A stretch of 64,000 bases of DNA from Deltaproteobacteria bacterium (GCA_016186905.1 JACPKS010000001.1:2804-66803); one strand, 5' to 3'. Positions 20,289 to 31,548 are shown, counted from the stretch's first letter. Made by a program: numbers and translations. The notes: generated from the letters alone by a model not told the origin.

Positions 20289-20798
20289 ATGAAGACCTCT
20301 ATCGAAAAATCTGGAGCCAAGATCCTCGCGACGCTAGCACTTGCACTGACTCTTGCTCAGGCGCTTACGGCGTGCGGAAGCAATAGCACGAACGCGAACC
20401 CGAATAACAACGGCCTACCGGCCCCGACTTACGGCTCATTGCCGCAACCTCCGGCCGGCGGCACGGTTCCCATGGGTTACTACTGGGGCCCGAACGGCTA
20501 CGCGTACGGCTGTCCGACCGGTTACGTGCAGAGTGGAAACTCGTGCATCGTCAACACCAACGGCGGCAACGTCGTTTGCGGAAGCAACATGAGCTGGAAC
20601 GGCTGGGCCTGCGTGCCGAATAACTTCAACTGCCCCAACGGCGGCCAGTTCAGCTATTACTACGGCGGCTGCGTGACCATGACCTGCGAACAGCAGAACA
20701 TCCTCTGGGGCCTCGGAACGGCGTACGTCTGCAAGTACACCACGGGCGCTCCGCAGACCGGCTGCTGGTTTAACGGCTACGCTTGGCAGTGCAAATAA
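20289..20798 (+). CDS. Cys/Gly/Asn-rich lipoprotein
   Basis: Lipobox LTAC; repeated CP.GY...G..C / WNG..C modules. Confidence 0.75.
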   Translation: MKTSIEKSGAKILATLALALTLAQALTACGSNSTNANPNNNGLPAPTYGSLPQPPAGGTVPMGYYWGPNGYAYGCPTGYVQSGNSCIVNTNGGNVVCGSNMSWNGWACVPNNFNCPNGGQFSYYYGGCVTMTCEQQNILWGLGTAYVCKYTTGAPQTGCWFNGYAWQCK

Positions 20799-21585
20799 CT
20801 TCCAGAAAATAAATCGGGAGCTTCTGCTCTCGGAACCCTTTTTCAAAAAGCGTGTCGCGCCCGCCGAAGAGCGTGCCCAGCTCCGCCGCGGAGAGCGAGG
20901 CGTAGTCGATCGACTGCCGAACGATCTCAAACCGCGCGCAAACGGCGGCGCTCGCGTTCGGAAGCTGATCTTCGTCCATCGGCTTTCGCACAAGCATCTG
21001 CTTCGCGCGCATGCCGCGCTCGGTCGGCACGGGCCCATCATACGCCGGAAGCACCGGCCGCGGCGCCCCCCAAAGTGCCAGCATCCACTGAAAATATCCC
21101 GGGTGATCGGTCTTAATGAAAACCCGCCCACCCGGTTTCAAAACGCGCGCGCAATCGAGCAGAAACGCCTCCTGAATCAAACGATGTTTGAGCTGTGGTT
21201 TCTTCGCCCACGGGTCGGGAAAAAACACCCAGACCTCATCAAGTTCGTCCTCGCCGAAGATCCGCGAGATCTCCTGCGCCTTCCCGCGCAAGAGTGCGAC
21301 GTTTTTCAATCCCATCCCGTGCACGCGCTTGGCACCCTTGAAGAGCACCTTGAACTTCCAATCGATGCCGACGAACGCGGCGTCCGGATTTGCCTCGGCG
21401 ATCGACGCGAGAAACCCAGCGTTCGAGCAACCCACTTCGAAGACCAGCCGCTCAGGCCCACGCTCCATGCTCCCACGAAAAAACTCACGCCACACACCCT
21501 TGCGCTCAGATGCCGCGGCTGCGTCGAACGCGATGCCCGAAAACTCGCCTAAGCGCCCGGCATACGGATTTTTGTGGGTGGACAT
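20770..21585 (-). CDS. trmB: tRNA (guanine-N7)-methyltransferase
   Basis: EVGC, FPDPW.K....KHRL, KTDH..YF motifs. Confidence 0.85.
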   Translation of the reverse strand: MSTHKNPYAGRLGEFSGIAFDAAAASERKGVWREFFRGSMERGPERLVFEVGCSNAGFLASIAEANPDAAFVGIDWKFKVLFKGAKRVHGMGLKNVALLRGKAQEISRIFGEDELDEVWVFFPDPWAKKPQLKHRLIQEAFLLDCARVLKPGGRVFIKTDHPGYFQWMLALWGAPRPVLPAYDGPVPTERGMRAKQMLVRKPMDEDQLPNASAAVCARFEIVRQSIDYASLSAAELGTLFGGRDTLFEKGFREQKLPIYFLEVICTAKRSR

Positions 21586-21896
21586 GGGCACTCTCAATAC
21601 TACAGAAGAGGGACGGAGCGTAGCGCTTCCGAATCTTATTTTCACTTTCGGCCAAAAACAGGTTAGCCGTCTTTTCGAAGCTTATTTTGGCCTTAGGCAA
21701 GGAAGTTTTCGACGAGCGAGGAAGCTAGCCGTGGGTGGCTGCTGACGAAGCGAGGAGAAAACTGACGCGGCATAAGGACAAAAGAAGCGAGAAAAGAGAG
21801 CGTGGGCGCCCGGGAGGGACTCCGGGCGCCCACTGTTTCTTCCACAAGGACGAGAAGTATGACGGCCTTTCGGCCGCTTACCGCCTACCCCCGTTA

Positions 21897-22730
21897 CTAC
21901 CCGATCAACTTCAGAGCCAACATATTGTTCGAGTTCGCCTGCGCGAGCATCGACGTGCCCGCTTGGGCAAGAATGTTCCGCTTGGTCAACTCCGACGTCT
22001 CATGCGCGACGTCCACGTCGCGGATGCGGCTGTTCGCCGCCGACAAGTTCTCGTCGCTGATCTGCAAGTTGTTGATCGTCGACTGGAGCCTGTTCTGAAG
22101 CGCGCCGAAGTCGGCGCGGTTGTCGCTCACCTGCCGAATCGCACTGTCGATCTTGTCGATGTTTTGCTGCGCATCGTCCCGGCTTTCGACCGTAAGGCCC
22201 ATGATTCCGAGCTTGGTCGCCGACGCGTTATTCTTCGAGACGTCAAACGCCATCCGGTCATGTTCCGGAATGTTGCGCGTGCCGACCTGGATCTCAAGCG
22301 CGTCGCCTTCGCCGTTGAGCAGGCTGATGCCGTTGTATTTCGTGACTTGCGAGATTCGCTGAACTTCGTCGATGAGGCTCTTGAATTCCTTGTCCACGAA
22401 CCCGCGCTCGGTGTTGCCGATCGTGTCGCTCGCGGCCTGGATCGAGAGCTCGCGCAGCCGGATCAGGATGTTGCCGACTTCGTTCAAGCCGCCTTCCGCC
22501 GTCTGAATCAGCGAGATGCCGTCGAGCGCGTTGCGGTTGGCTTGCCTCAAGCTGCGAATTTCCGCTTTCAATTTCTCGGAAATCGCCATGCCCGCGGCAT
22601 CGTCACCTGACCGTACGATGCGCTCGCCGGACGACAACTTTTCCAGTGAACGGTTTTGACCTTCTCGCGTAGCGCCTAGAGACCGCTGAGCAGCGATACT
22701 CTGCACATTGGTTGCTATCCGGAAACCCAT
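21897..22730 (-). CDS. fliC: flagellin
   Basis: Conserved N- and C-terminal flagellin domains (LSSG.RI..SGDDAAG; RADFGALQNRL; SRIRDVD). Confidence 0.97.
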   Translation of the reverse strand: MGFRIATNVQSIAAQRSLGATREGQNRSLEKLSSGERIVRSGDDAAGMAISEKLKAEIRSLRQANRNALDGISLIQTAEGGLNEVGNILIRLRELSIQAASDTIGNTERGFVDKEFKSLIDEVQRISQVTKYNGISLLNGEGDALEIQVGTRNIPEHDRMAFDVSKNNASATKLGIMGLTVESRDDAQQNIDKIDSAIRQVSDNRADFGALQNRLQSTINNLQISDENLSAANSRIRDVDVAHETSELTKRNILAQAGTSMLAQANSNNMLALKLIG

Positions 22731-22853
22731 ATCCCTCTCCTCCTTCGGTAAGAAAGGCTCTCTACCTCATCCGATGAGATATGGTTTCGGCATTCCCTGC
22801 CAGATTGGGCCTCCTTGAGGAACTCCCAACCGTACTGCTTTGCTTTGATTTAC

Positions 22854-22881
22854 AGATCGGTGCGGCATGAAAAACACTTTA
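22854..22881 (-). promoter_or_regulatory. sigma28 (FliA)-like promoter of flagellin
   Basis: Minus-strand TAAA-N16-ACCGATCT, close to consensus TAAA-N15-GCCGATAA. Confidence 0.6.
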
Positions 22882-22992
22882 ATAAAAAATATCTTAACTG
22901 ACTGATATTACAGGTATTTTACAGATCGTTTTGGTCGGGTACTATAAAAGACGTGCTTGTTCGTGCAGATAGCCATCGCGTATTGTCGCACT

Positions 22993-24156
22993 ATGCAATC
23001 AAGCAATTTCGCGCACACACGCAAGATTCGGGTCGTTCATTACTGCAATCAGCTCAGTCTTGGCGGAACCGAGCGCACGATGGAGATCTTTTGCAAGTAT
23101 CTCGACCGCTCACGCTTTGAAGTTTTTGCCGTTTCACGAATGCACCGCGAGTCTCTCTCGAAGCGGGCAAAGGTGAACCTGAGTGCCGCCATCGGCGTGC
23201 GCGCCGCACGGGCGAAAAAACGTCTCTGGTCTCAAATGAACGCGCGGATTCCCAACTTCAGGGCGATTCTGGGCGCCGACCACGTGCTTCTCGCGAAAAA
23301 TGACGAAGAGCTTCACGACCTTCTTCTGGAACTCTCCCCAGACGTTCTTCACGTCCATTATTCGGGACGCGCGGAACCCCCCACTTCAGATGAGACGGTG
23401 ATGTCGAAAATCCCCGCCATACTGACGACGAACCAATTCGAACTGGAAAATACTGCCCCCTCCCACCGGCTCGTGAGCCGCATGTTTTTTGTTTCGCGCT
23501 GGCTTCTCGAGAACAAAGCGACGTGGGCCGCCCATGACCCCCGCGCCGAGATCTTCTACAACCCGGTCGAACTGCCCGCCTCGACCGAAAACCTTCGTGG
23601 CGAACTGGGAATTCCCGCCGACGCGTTCGTGATTGGAAGGGTCGGACGCGCGGATCCCGGGATCCACGACCCTATTTCACTCAAAGCCTACGCTGAAATT
23701 CAGGGCGACTCGACCTGGTTTTTAGCTCTTTCACCGCCCGAGAACATGATCCGCGAAGCCCGGTCGATGAACCTCAAAAACTTCGTCGCGATTTCGCCCA
23801 CGGCCGACGACGCACGGCTTTCGCGTTTTTACAACTCAATCGACGTGCTGGCGCATGCCCGCCGCGACGGCGAAACGTTCGGATGCAACCTCGCCGAAGC
23901 GATGATCCACGGAAAGCCGGTCGTGTCGCACCTGACGCCGTTCATGAACGCGCAGCTTGAAACAGTTGGAGAAGGCGGATACGTCGTCGCCCAGGAAGAC
24001 TGGCGGGCTTACTCGCGGCATTTGAAACAGCTCAAGGAAGACGCCGCATTCCGCGCTGAGCTTTCGCTGAAAGCAAAACGGCGGGCCCTCGATCAATTCG
24101 AGGCCCGCCGTCTGTCGGATCGTCTGGCCGGCGCCTATTTGGCGCTGGTCAAGTAA
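22993..24156 (+). CDS. glycosyltransferase family 4 (GT-B)
   Basis: LGGTER at the N-terminus; ETFG..LAEAM..GKPVV. Confidence 0.88.
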   Translation: MQSSNFAHTRKIRVVHYCNQLSLGGTERTMEIFCKYLDRSRFEVFAVSRMHRESLSKRAKVNLSAAIGVRAARAKKRLWSQMNARIPNFRAILGADHVLLAKNDEELHDLLLELSPDVLHVHYSGRAEPPTSDETVMSKIPAILTTNQFELENTAPSHRLVSRMFFVSRWLLENKATWAAHDPRAEIFYNPVELPASTENLRGELGIPADAFVIGRVGRADPGIHDPISLKAYAEIQGDSTWFLALSPPENMIREARSMNLKNFVAISPTADDARLSRFYNSIDVLAHARRDGETFGCNLAEAMIHGKPVVSHLTPFMNAQLETVGEGGYVVAQEDWRAYSRHLKQLKEDAAFRAELSLKAKRRALDQFEARRLSDRLAGAYLALVK

Positions 24157-24166
24157 CTGCTTATTT

Positions 24167-24631
24167 TCAGCCCTTGAGGTAGCGCTTGCAGCGAACCGGC
24201 TCGTCGAACGAGTCGCCGTTGCGCTTGAGCACTTCAAGGTTGCCCGTCGTGATTTCGCCCGGCGCGATCGGGTGCCCGTAGCTGAAATTGACGTCGAGGT
24301 AGAAGTTCTTGATGTAGCCGAGCTTCGTGCCGAGGATCAGCTCTCCCTTGCGGCGGCTGTCGAGATAGCGAAGATCCACGAACGCCGCGTAATTGGTGCT
24401 CACGTTGCTGAGCGTGGTGTTCACGCCGGTGAACTTCGCGATGGTCTTGCGGCCGTAATCGATCGCCGGGTCCGAAAGCACCATCACGGCGCTATTACGC
24501 GTTCCGTAAGCCGGCTCGGTGTTGTTGTAGACCCTGATGATCAAGTCGTTATGGAGCGTTTTGCAGACGAAGCCGTCGGCGAACGCGAAGCTTGAACTTA
24601 AGAATGCCATCATTACGATAAGTTTTTTCAT
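24167..24631 (-). CDS. secreted hypothetical protein
   Basis: AGGAGG RBS; signal peptide ending AFA; N- and C-terminal Cys. Confidence 0.75.
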   Translation of the reverse strand: MKKLIVMMAFLSSSFAFADGFVCKTLHNDLIIRVYNNTEPAYGTRNSAVMVLSDPAIDYGRKTIAKFTGVNTTLSNVSTNYAAFVDLRYLDSRRKGELILGTKLGYIKNFYLDVNFSYGHPIAPGEITTGNLEVLKRNGDSFDEPVRCKRYLKG

Positions 24632-24727
24632 TGTTGCCTCCTTGGAATGACGCGAAATATAGAGCGTGCGCCTGCATTTGTATAATACATGTTTGAGTAT
24701 TTGTTATTCACTTAATGCATGAATCAG

Positions 24728-24764
24728 AAAAAAAGAAGCGCCGGGAATTTCTCCCCGGCGCTCT
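24728..24764 (-). terminator. groEL terminator
   Basis: AGCGCCGGG...CCCGGCGCT stem with T-run on the minus strand. Confidence 0.8.
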
Positions 24765-24797
24765 CCTGTTTTTCCAGCTTCTTGAGCGGGACGTGGC

Positions 24798-26450
<1,653 letters not shown>

Positions 26451-26462
26451 CTAAAAAATAAA

Positions 26463-26750
26463 TTACTGAATGATCCCGAGAACGTCGTCTTCGCGCATGA
26501 TGAGCAACTCATCACCGTCCATCTTAATCTCGGTTCCGGAATACTTGCCAAACAGAATGCGATCGCCCTTCTTTACTTCAAGAGCAATGATTTTACCGTC
26601 ATCGGTGCGGCGGCCGCTGCCGATTGCCATCACTTTGCCTTCGGCCGGCTTTTCTTTTGCCGTATCCGGAATGATGATTCCGCCTTTGGTTTTCTCTTCT
26701 TCACTGATGCGCTTCACGAGGATGCGATCATGCAATGGGGTAACGGACAT
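26463..26750 (-). CDS. groES: co-chaperonin GroES
   Basis: PLHDRILV...[13 protein letters not shown]. Confidence 0.99.
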   Translation of the reverse strand: MSVTPLHDRILVKRISEEEKTKGGIIIPDTAKEKPAEGKVMAIGSGRRTDDGKIIALEVKKGDRILFGKYSGTEIKMDGDELLIMREDDVLGIIQ

Positions 26751-26938
26751 AGTTTTCTACCTCCCTTTAAGGTGTTGTTTGTTGAAACTGTCCCCAAAAT
26801 GGGAATCCGCGGTCACCTTGTCAAGGCGGCAACGCTGAAAAACCTCTTGGAGTCGCACCAGTCATAGCACACGAGCGTGCCATTCTTGCATCTCAATTTA
26901 ATCATTTTAATATCAATAACTTAAATTCAACTTAGCAT

Positions 26939-26967
26939 TTGACGCGATCGGTCAATAAAGATATACT
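26939..26967 (+). promoter_or_regulatory. sigma70 promoter
   Basis: TTGACG-17 nt-TATACT immediately before ATG 26978. Confidence 0.6.
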
Positions 26968-26977
26968 CCTGTCACTG

Positions 26978-27433
26978 ATGAAAGCTCCGATCCAAATCAT
27001 ACTGACATGTCTGTGCTTATCGCTGGTCGGGCAATCCGCTTTTGCGCGCGCGAAGCGCGCGCATGCCCTTGAACTCTACGCCGCGACCGAAAATGACGGA
27101 ACCGCCCATGTCATCATGGCAGGACATCCCATCGACGAGCCAAGCCTTGAATCGGATGCGCCGGCTCCGAAGCCCGAACCCAAAGCCGCCAAGCCTTCTC
27201 CCAAGAAGAGCGCCGCCAAGCCCGAGACGAGTACTGCGGCTTTCGACGTCGTTCCCAGGGAACGCGTGGAGGAGCTCTCGGAACGCGTGAAATATTCCTA
27301 CGAGATCCTCAAGCGCTTCGGCCGCGCGTACGATTACAAGACGGTTACGCTGAAAGAATTCAAATCCATTTTGAAAGAGCTCGAAGCGAGTACAGGCGAA
27401 CCTCCAGCGGAAAAAACCGCCTCAGAAAAATAA
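26978..27433 (+). CDS. exported hypothetical protein
   Basis: Signal peptide, Pro/Lys-rich linker, conserved-looking FGRAYDYK segment. Confidence 0.7.
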   Translation: MKAPIQIILTCLCLSLVGQSAFARAKRAHALELYAATENDGTAHVIMAGHPIDEPSLESDAPAPKPEPKAAKPSPKKSAAKPETSTAAFDVVPRERVEELSERVKYSYEILKRFGRAYDYKTVTLKEFKSILKELEASTGEPPAEKTASEK

Positions 27434-27528
27434 ATCCGCGTTGCGCGCCGGTGATTTCCGGTTGCGTTTCTAAAACCTGCGTGGCAACTCTTTTCTTTAG
27501 TGATGATCAAGCAGTTCACGTCCAAATT

Positions 27529-27604
27529 GCCCAGGTAGCTCAGTCGGTAGAGCAGCGCCCTGAAAAGGCGCGTGTCGGCGGTTCGATTCCGTCCCTGGGC
27601 ACCA
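27529..27604 (+). tRNA. tRNA-Phe(GAA)
   Basis: 76-nt cloverleaf; anticodon arm GCGCC-CTGAAAA-GGCGC; encoded CCA. Confidence 0.97.
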
Positions 27605-28842
27605 CGTAAGCACGGGTACATACCGGAGACATAGGTAACAGATTATACCGGACACATCGGTAACACCGCCTGCCCGAAGGGGTCGGGCATCGGCTCAAAC
27701 CGCATTCCCTCGTGATCAAAAAAACCTAAGTCGTAATCCATAAAACTCACGAGCCAAATTCCGTCTTCGTCTTCTCGAAGTCCCACATCTTGCCGAACGG
27801 ATATTTAAGATCGAGAAGTCCTTGGTAGCGTCGATCAGATTTTTTGTAGAAATCGGCTGGCGTCTTCATTTCAAGGGCTTCATGCGGTCGCTCGTGATTG
27901 TAGATATTTAAGAACTCGTCAAACTTTGATTGTTGTTGAAGAAAGTTGCCGGCGGCTGGCTTAGTGGCGTCTTTTTTTAGAGTTCTATGCATCCGTTCGT
28001 GGCGTCCGTTTTGTTCGGGATGACCTGGCCTGATGCGCTCAATTTGGATTCCCAGTCTTAGCCACCACACCGAGAGCTTGCTTAAGCCAAACAATCCCCT
28101 CGGACAGGAGAAGGGATTGCCGTTGTCGGATCGAATGCTTTTGGGCAATCCAAATTCTTGAAACACCCGCTCAAAAACGCTGAATGTGAAGTCTTGTTTG
28201 GTAGTTTCCAGTCCCTCGCAGGCCAAAAGATATCGGCTTGCATAATCCGTGATGGTTAACGGATAGCAATAGCGGCGATCACCGAGCATGAACTCGCCTT
28301 TAAAATCCGTGCACCAAAGATCATTGGGCTCGTCGCTGTTAGAGAGTGCTGTACCTTGGGCTTTATATCGAGCGCGCTTCCTGCGGTTCACCAAACCATT
28401 ACGATCCAAGACAGCGTGTACAGTGCTCTTTGCAGGCAGCTTAATCTCAGGAAATTTTTTACACACGAGCTCCCGAATCTTGGGCGCTCCCCAAGTTGGC
28501 CGCTCCTCTTTGCACCTCACGATGTACTTCTCTATTTGAATAGGGATCTGGTTTGCGTAGCGGTACGGGCGCCTGCTTCGGTCCGACAGGGCTTTTAAGC
28601 CCACGTCCCGATAGCGATTCCAAATCTTGTAACCCGTTTTTCTCGCGATCCCGAACTCTCGACACAGATCGCTCATTCGCTCGCCGTCCAAAAGCCTGGC
28701 GATGAACTTCAGCCTCTCGTCCATCATCGAACACTCCTTCCAAGACATGGCACCCCCCCTTCGGATACCTGTCGAGTTTAGTCAAAAGAGTGTTACCTAT
28801 GTGTCCGGTATAAAACGTCACCTATGTCTCGGGATGCTCACA
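27605..28842 (-). mobile_element. IS481-family element abutting the tRNA-Phe 3' end
   Basis: Both ends carry paired (T)ATACCGG-A-ACATAGGTAACA-type repeats in inverted orientation; right end terminates in ACA; left boundary approximate. Confidence 0.85.
27643..28748 (-). pseudogene. IS481 transposase with frameshift/internal deletion near the C-terminus
   Basis: DDE motifs (WCTDFKG, SDNG.PF, GRHERMH); the native-looking tail QDVGLREDEDGIWLVSFMDYDLGFFD...VLPMCPV* lies in another frame after YPF. Confidence 0.8.
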
Positions 28843-28867
28843 CCGCCTATCTCTCGATAAGGACACG

Positions 28868-28974
28868 CAAAACGCGACCAATGTCGCGTTTTGATCGCGA
28901 TGCGTGCGCGAGAAGACGCGGCAGCGTCTTCGGAGCGCTAGGCGCGAAGCGCCTGAACTGGCCGCGCAGCGGCC
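28868..28974. other. cluster of four tandem perfect hairpins
   Basis: Stems of 11, 8, 6 and 6 bp at 28868-28893, 28912-28931, 28940-28954 and 28960-28974. Confidence 0.7.
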
Positions 28975-29104
28975 CGCACAAGTGTTCCGCGCAAACCGCG
29001 CCACGCCTTTTTTCTTGTTATATTTTCGTTCGGACAGATTACTTGAGCTGTAAAAGTACCACATTCGTAGCGCGACCCTCCCGGCCAGAAGAGGACGCCG
29101 GCTC

Positions 29105-29188
29105 ATGTGCAATTGTCACAAATGTTCGATATTCATCCGTTGGTTGAACGTTGCATTGCTCAAACCGAACAACCTGACACTTGCACAT
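29105..29188. repeat. nested palindrome element, copy B (long spacer)
   Basis: ATGTGCAATTGTCACAAATGTTCG ... CGAACAACCTGACACTTGCACAT. Confidence 0.7.
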
Positions 29189-29239
29189 CGCCGGCAGAGC
29201 CAGGTCAAAGCTCGCTCACGAGGTTTCCCAATCCATCCC

Positions 29240-29662
29240 CTTCAACGCGAGGCGCTCGAAAAAGTTCATCCGCTCTATCGGGTCGATCCGAAGACGGGAA
29301 CGAAGGAATTGATCACAGCTCCTCTCAAATCTTTAACGCGAACGCCGCAGCCGGGCACGGACGAAATCAAACGATGGGAACGTGCAACGACGTATTATCC
29401 CACTCACAACGGCGTTGCCTCACCGGTCCTCGCGCATTTGGCCAACGCCTACCCGTTCACGGTGATGCAGGCCCGTATTAATAATGGAATGACCCATCTA
29501 AAATATGTGTCAAGCGATGAAAAGACGGCATTTCGGGCTGCAAGACGCGTGAAATTCCCAAAAAAATCTCTGCATTTGAGAGTGCGCGGGCTGACGGCGA
29601 AAAAAATCGAACGCCGAGGGAATGCGCTGGTGGCTAAACCTTTGGACAGCAGGCCTCCCTGA
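29240..29662 (+). pseudogene. possible gene remnant
   Basis: Open frame with protein-like composition but no credible start outside the palindrome element; start approximate. Confidence 0.25.
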
Positions 29663-29698
29663 AACGCCAATTTACGAGGCTTAGGGCCGCCTTAAAAC

Positions 29699-29714
29699 TG
29701 GCACGCCGTGTGCT
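29699..29714 (+). promoter_or_regulatory. sigma54 promoter
   Basis: TGGCACGCCGTGTGCT with GG-N10-GC spacing. Confidence 0.6.
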
Positions 29715-29817
29715 CTTATCCTTTGCGAACTTGTGAACGGTCTCGCCCGAGGTGGAATCCGAGGGCGTTGGCTTTATAGCGAAGGATTTCCGACCGGGTG
29801 AAGCCCGGATGACATTA

Positions 29818-29924
29818 GGGACTGTTGAAAAACTCGATCCGCTAAATTTTTTGGAGGCTCATCCGCTTTTAAATTTGAGCTGAGGATCTCTTTTTTCTGG
29901 TAAGCTGTCTTTTTCAACAGGCCC
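29818..29924. mobile_element. MITE / internally deleted IS, 107 bp
   Basis: TIRs GGGACTGTTGAAAAA / TTTTTCAACAGGCCC (14/15); ATTA duplication at 29814-29817 and 29925-29928. Confidence 0.8.
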
Positions 29925-29962
29925 ATTACTTTGCTGAACAAATACCCTTGTTGCCACGGAAA

Positions 29963-30757
29963 TCATAGGGGCTCTCCCCTTTGAGGCGGCATTTTTATTT
30001 GAAACCTTCGGTTAAAGGCCCGAAGCAGATCTTCTGTGGTCAGCGCAACATCGGCACTATCGGTACCACCAGTACACCTGATCATTCTGACAGTCGGATC
30101 ATTTTCGATGCCGAGATATATTCCAAATCCGTTCTCTTCTGGGCCCAAAGTATGAGCGACAGGAAGCAGACGTCCTTTTTCAATCACTGTTGAATCACGT
30201 TGTGGATTGACTACAAGCTCACAATAGGGCTTGTCGTACCATCTTCTGATTCGATGAAATCCGAGATCAGAAGCCGTGCATTCTCCTGAAGGTGGAGCCT
30301 TGTAAGCTTTATGCACGCCTTCGAAATCATAAAGCAGGCTGATCCGACACGCGGGAATAGCAATTGATTTCAAAACCTCAAGAACCGCTCCCACAGGGAT
30401 TCTCCTCAGCGGAAAATTGTCTGGAATAATTTCACCTTCCGCAGGAAGTGTTACCTCATCTTCTGATTTCATCTGTCTCGATGGATTGAATTTTGAGCGT
30501 ACTAGAGACGAATGAGCGGATTGAATGGAAGGAAGAGTTGGGTTTACAGCCGGTGAGATTTCATCTGTAGTTTTAGGATGCTCAGAAGGAATATGAGCCG
30601 GACCTTGATATGAATTTTGCTTGGGCTTAGATGCCTCAGTTTTGGATATATTGTTATATTGAAATTCGACGCGCGTTGAGTGATCTACTTTTTTCCAGAG
30701 ATAACTTGTAGCGACGACCGACAGTGCCGCAAAGAATATAATCGATTTTTTTCTCAT
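29963..30757 (-). CDS. membrane-anchored hypothetical protein
   Basis: N-terminal hydrophobic segment, low-complexity linker, four-Cys C-terminal domain; AT-rich. Confidence 0.65.
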   Translation of the reverse strand: MRKKSIIFFAALSVVATSYLWKKVDHSTRVEFQYNNISKTEASKPKQNSYQGPAHIPSEHPKTTDEISPAVNPTLPSIQSAHSSLVRSKFNPSRQMKSEDEVTLPAEGEIIPDNFPLRRIPVGAVLEVLKSIAIPACRISLLYDFEGVHKAYKAPPSGECTASDLGFHRIRRWYDKPYCELVVNPQRDSTVIEKGRLLPVAHTLGPEENGFGIYLGIENDPTVRMIRCTGGTDSADVALTTEDLLRAFNRRFQIKMPPQRGEPL

Positions 30758-30942
30758 TCCCGCTTTACCTTAAACCATCTCAAAGGTTTATGAGCACCTT
30801 CATGTGGTACGGGATTCTCATGATCTCGTGTTTTCCGAACTCAAGATCTCTTCGTCTCAATGACCGAATCAATCGTAACTATACAGAATCAATAAATTTA
30901 TAATTAGTTGACTTGAGTTAACTGGTATTATATCTTGCGCGC

Positions 30943-31404
30943 ATGGTTCGCTTCCGCCTTGTGATTTTCCTGTGTAGCCTGAGTTCCCTGTCGATGGGCT
31001 GTGGATCAACCTTACATCCTTCGTGGCCCGGAAATACGCCCGCTCCTTCGAACCAAAATCCTACGACGAACGCGTCTTCCGAAGCGGCCCCTCAGCCGAT
31101 GTTTTCGGAACTCGAAAAAGACGCTCATTACAAGACTCGTTTCGAATACCCAGATATGCCAACAACTTGCCGCGCGGGCCAGTACACCGACTTCGGTAAC
31201 GTCGTGATGAGTGGTGTTGTTGGAAGCATATTCAGTCGCTTTGTCGTTGTTCCTGCGCTTCCCGAGGGCCTTCAACTGAATGTTCAAACAGGACGAATTA
31301 CGGGAACTCCGAAACTACGCACCCCGAAACAGGAGTACAAAGTCACAGGCCTCAACGCCCGAATTTCAAATTCCACGACGATCTCCTTCGAAGTAACCGA
31401 CTAG
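30943..31404 (+). CDS. lipoprotein with putative Ig (He_PIG-like) domain
   Basis: Lipobox SMGC; PALPEGLQLN..TGRITGTP. Confidence 0.75.
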   Translation: MVRFRLVIFLCSLSSLSMGCGSTLHPSWPGNTPAPSNQNPTTNASSEAAPQPMFSELEKDAHYKTRFEYPDMPTTCRAGQYTDFGNVVMSGVVGSIFSRFVVVPALPEGLQLNVQTGRITGTPKLRTPKQEYKVTGLNARISNSTTISFEVTD

Positions 31405-31548
31405 ACCACGATGAAGGCACAGTCGGCCATTTCTTTATCCATCGTTAGACGCTAGACAGAAGCGCGTACCGCACGCATCAAATTAAAGGAATGATGAACG
31501 CCTGGCTCCCGAGTAGTCAGGCGTTTGCTTTGGGTGAACCGCGACCTG

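Noticed and set aside
26865-26882. TAGCAC-N6-GTGCCA upstream of groES as CIRCE or sigma54 promoter
   Set aside because: Lacks the 9-N9-9 CIRCE layout; GG-to-GC spacing on the minus strand is 11, not 10.
27334-27621. 95-aa minus-strand ORF
   Set aside because: Antisense to tRNA-Phe.
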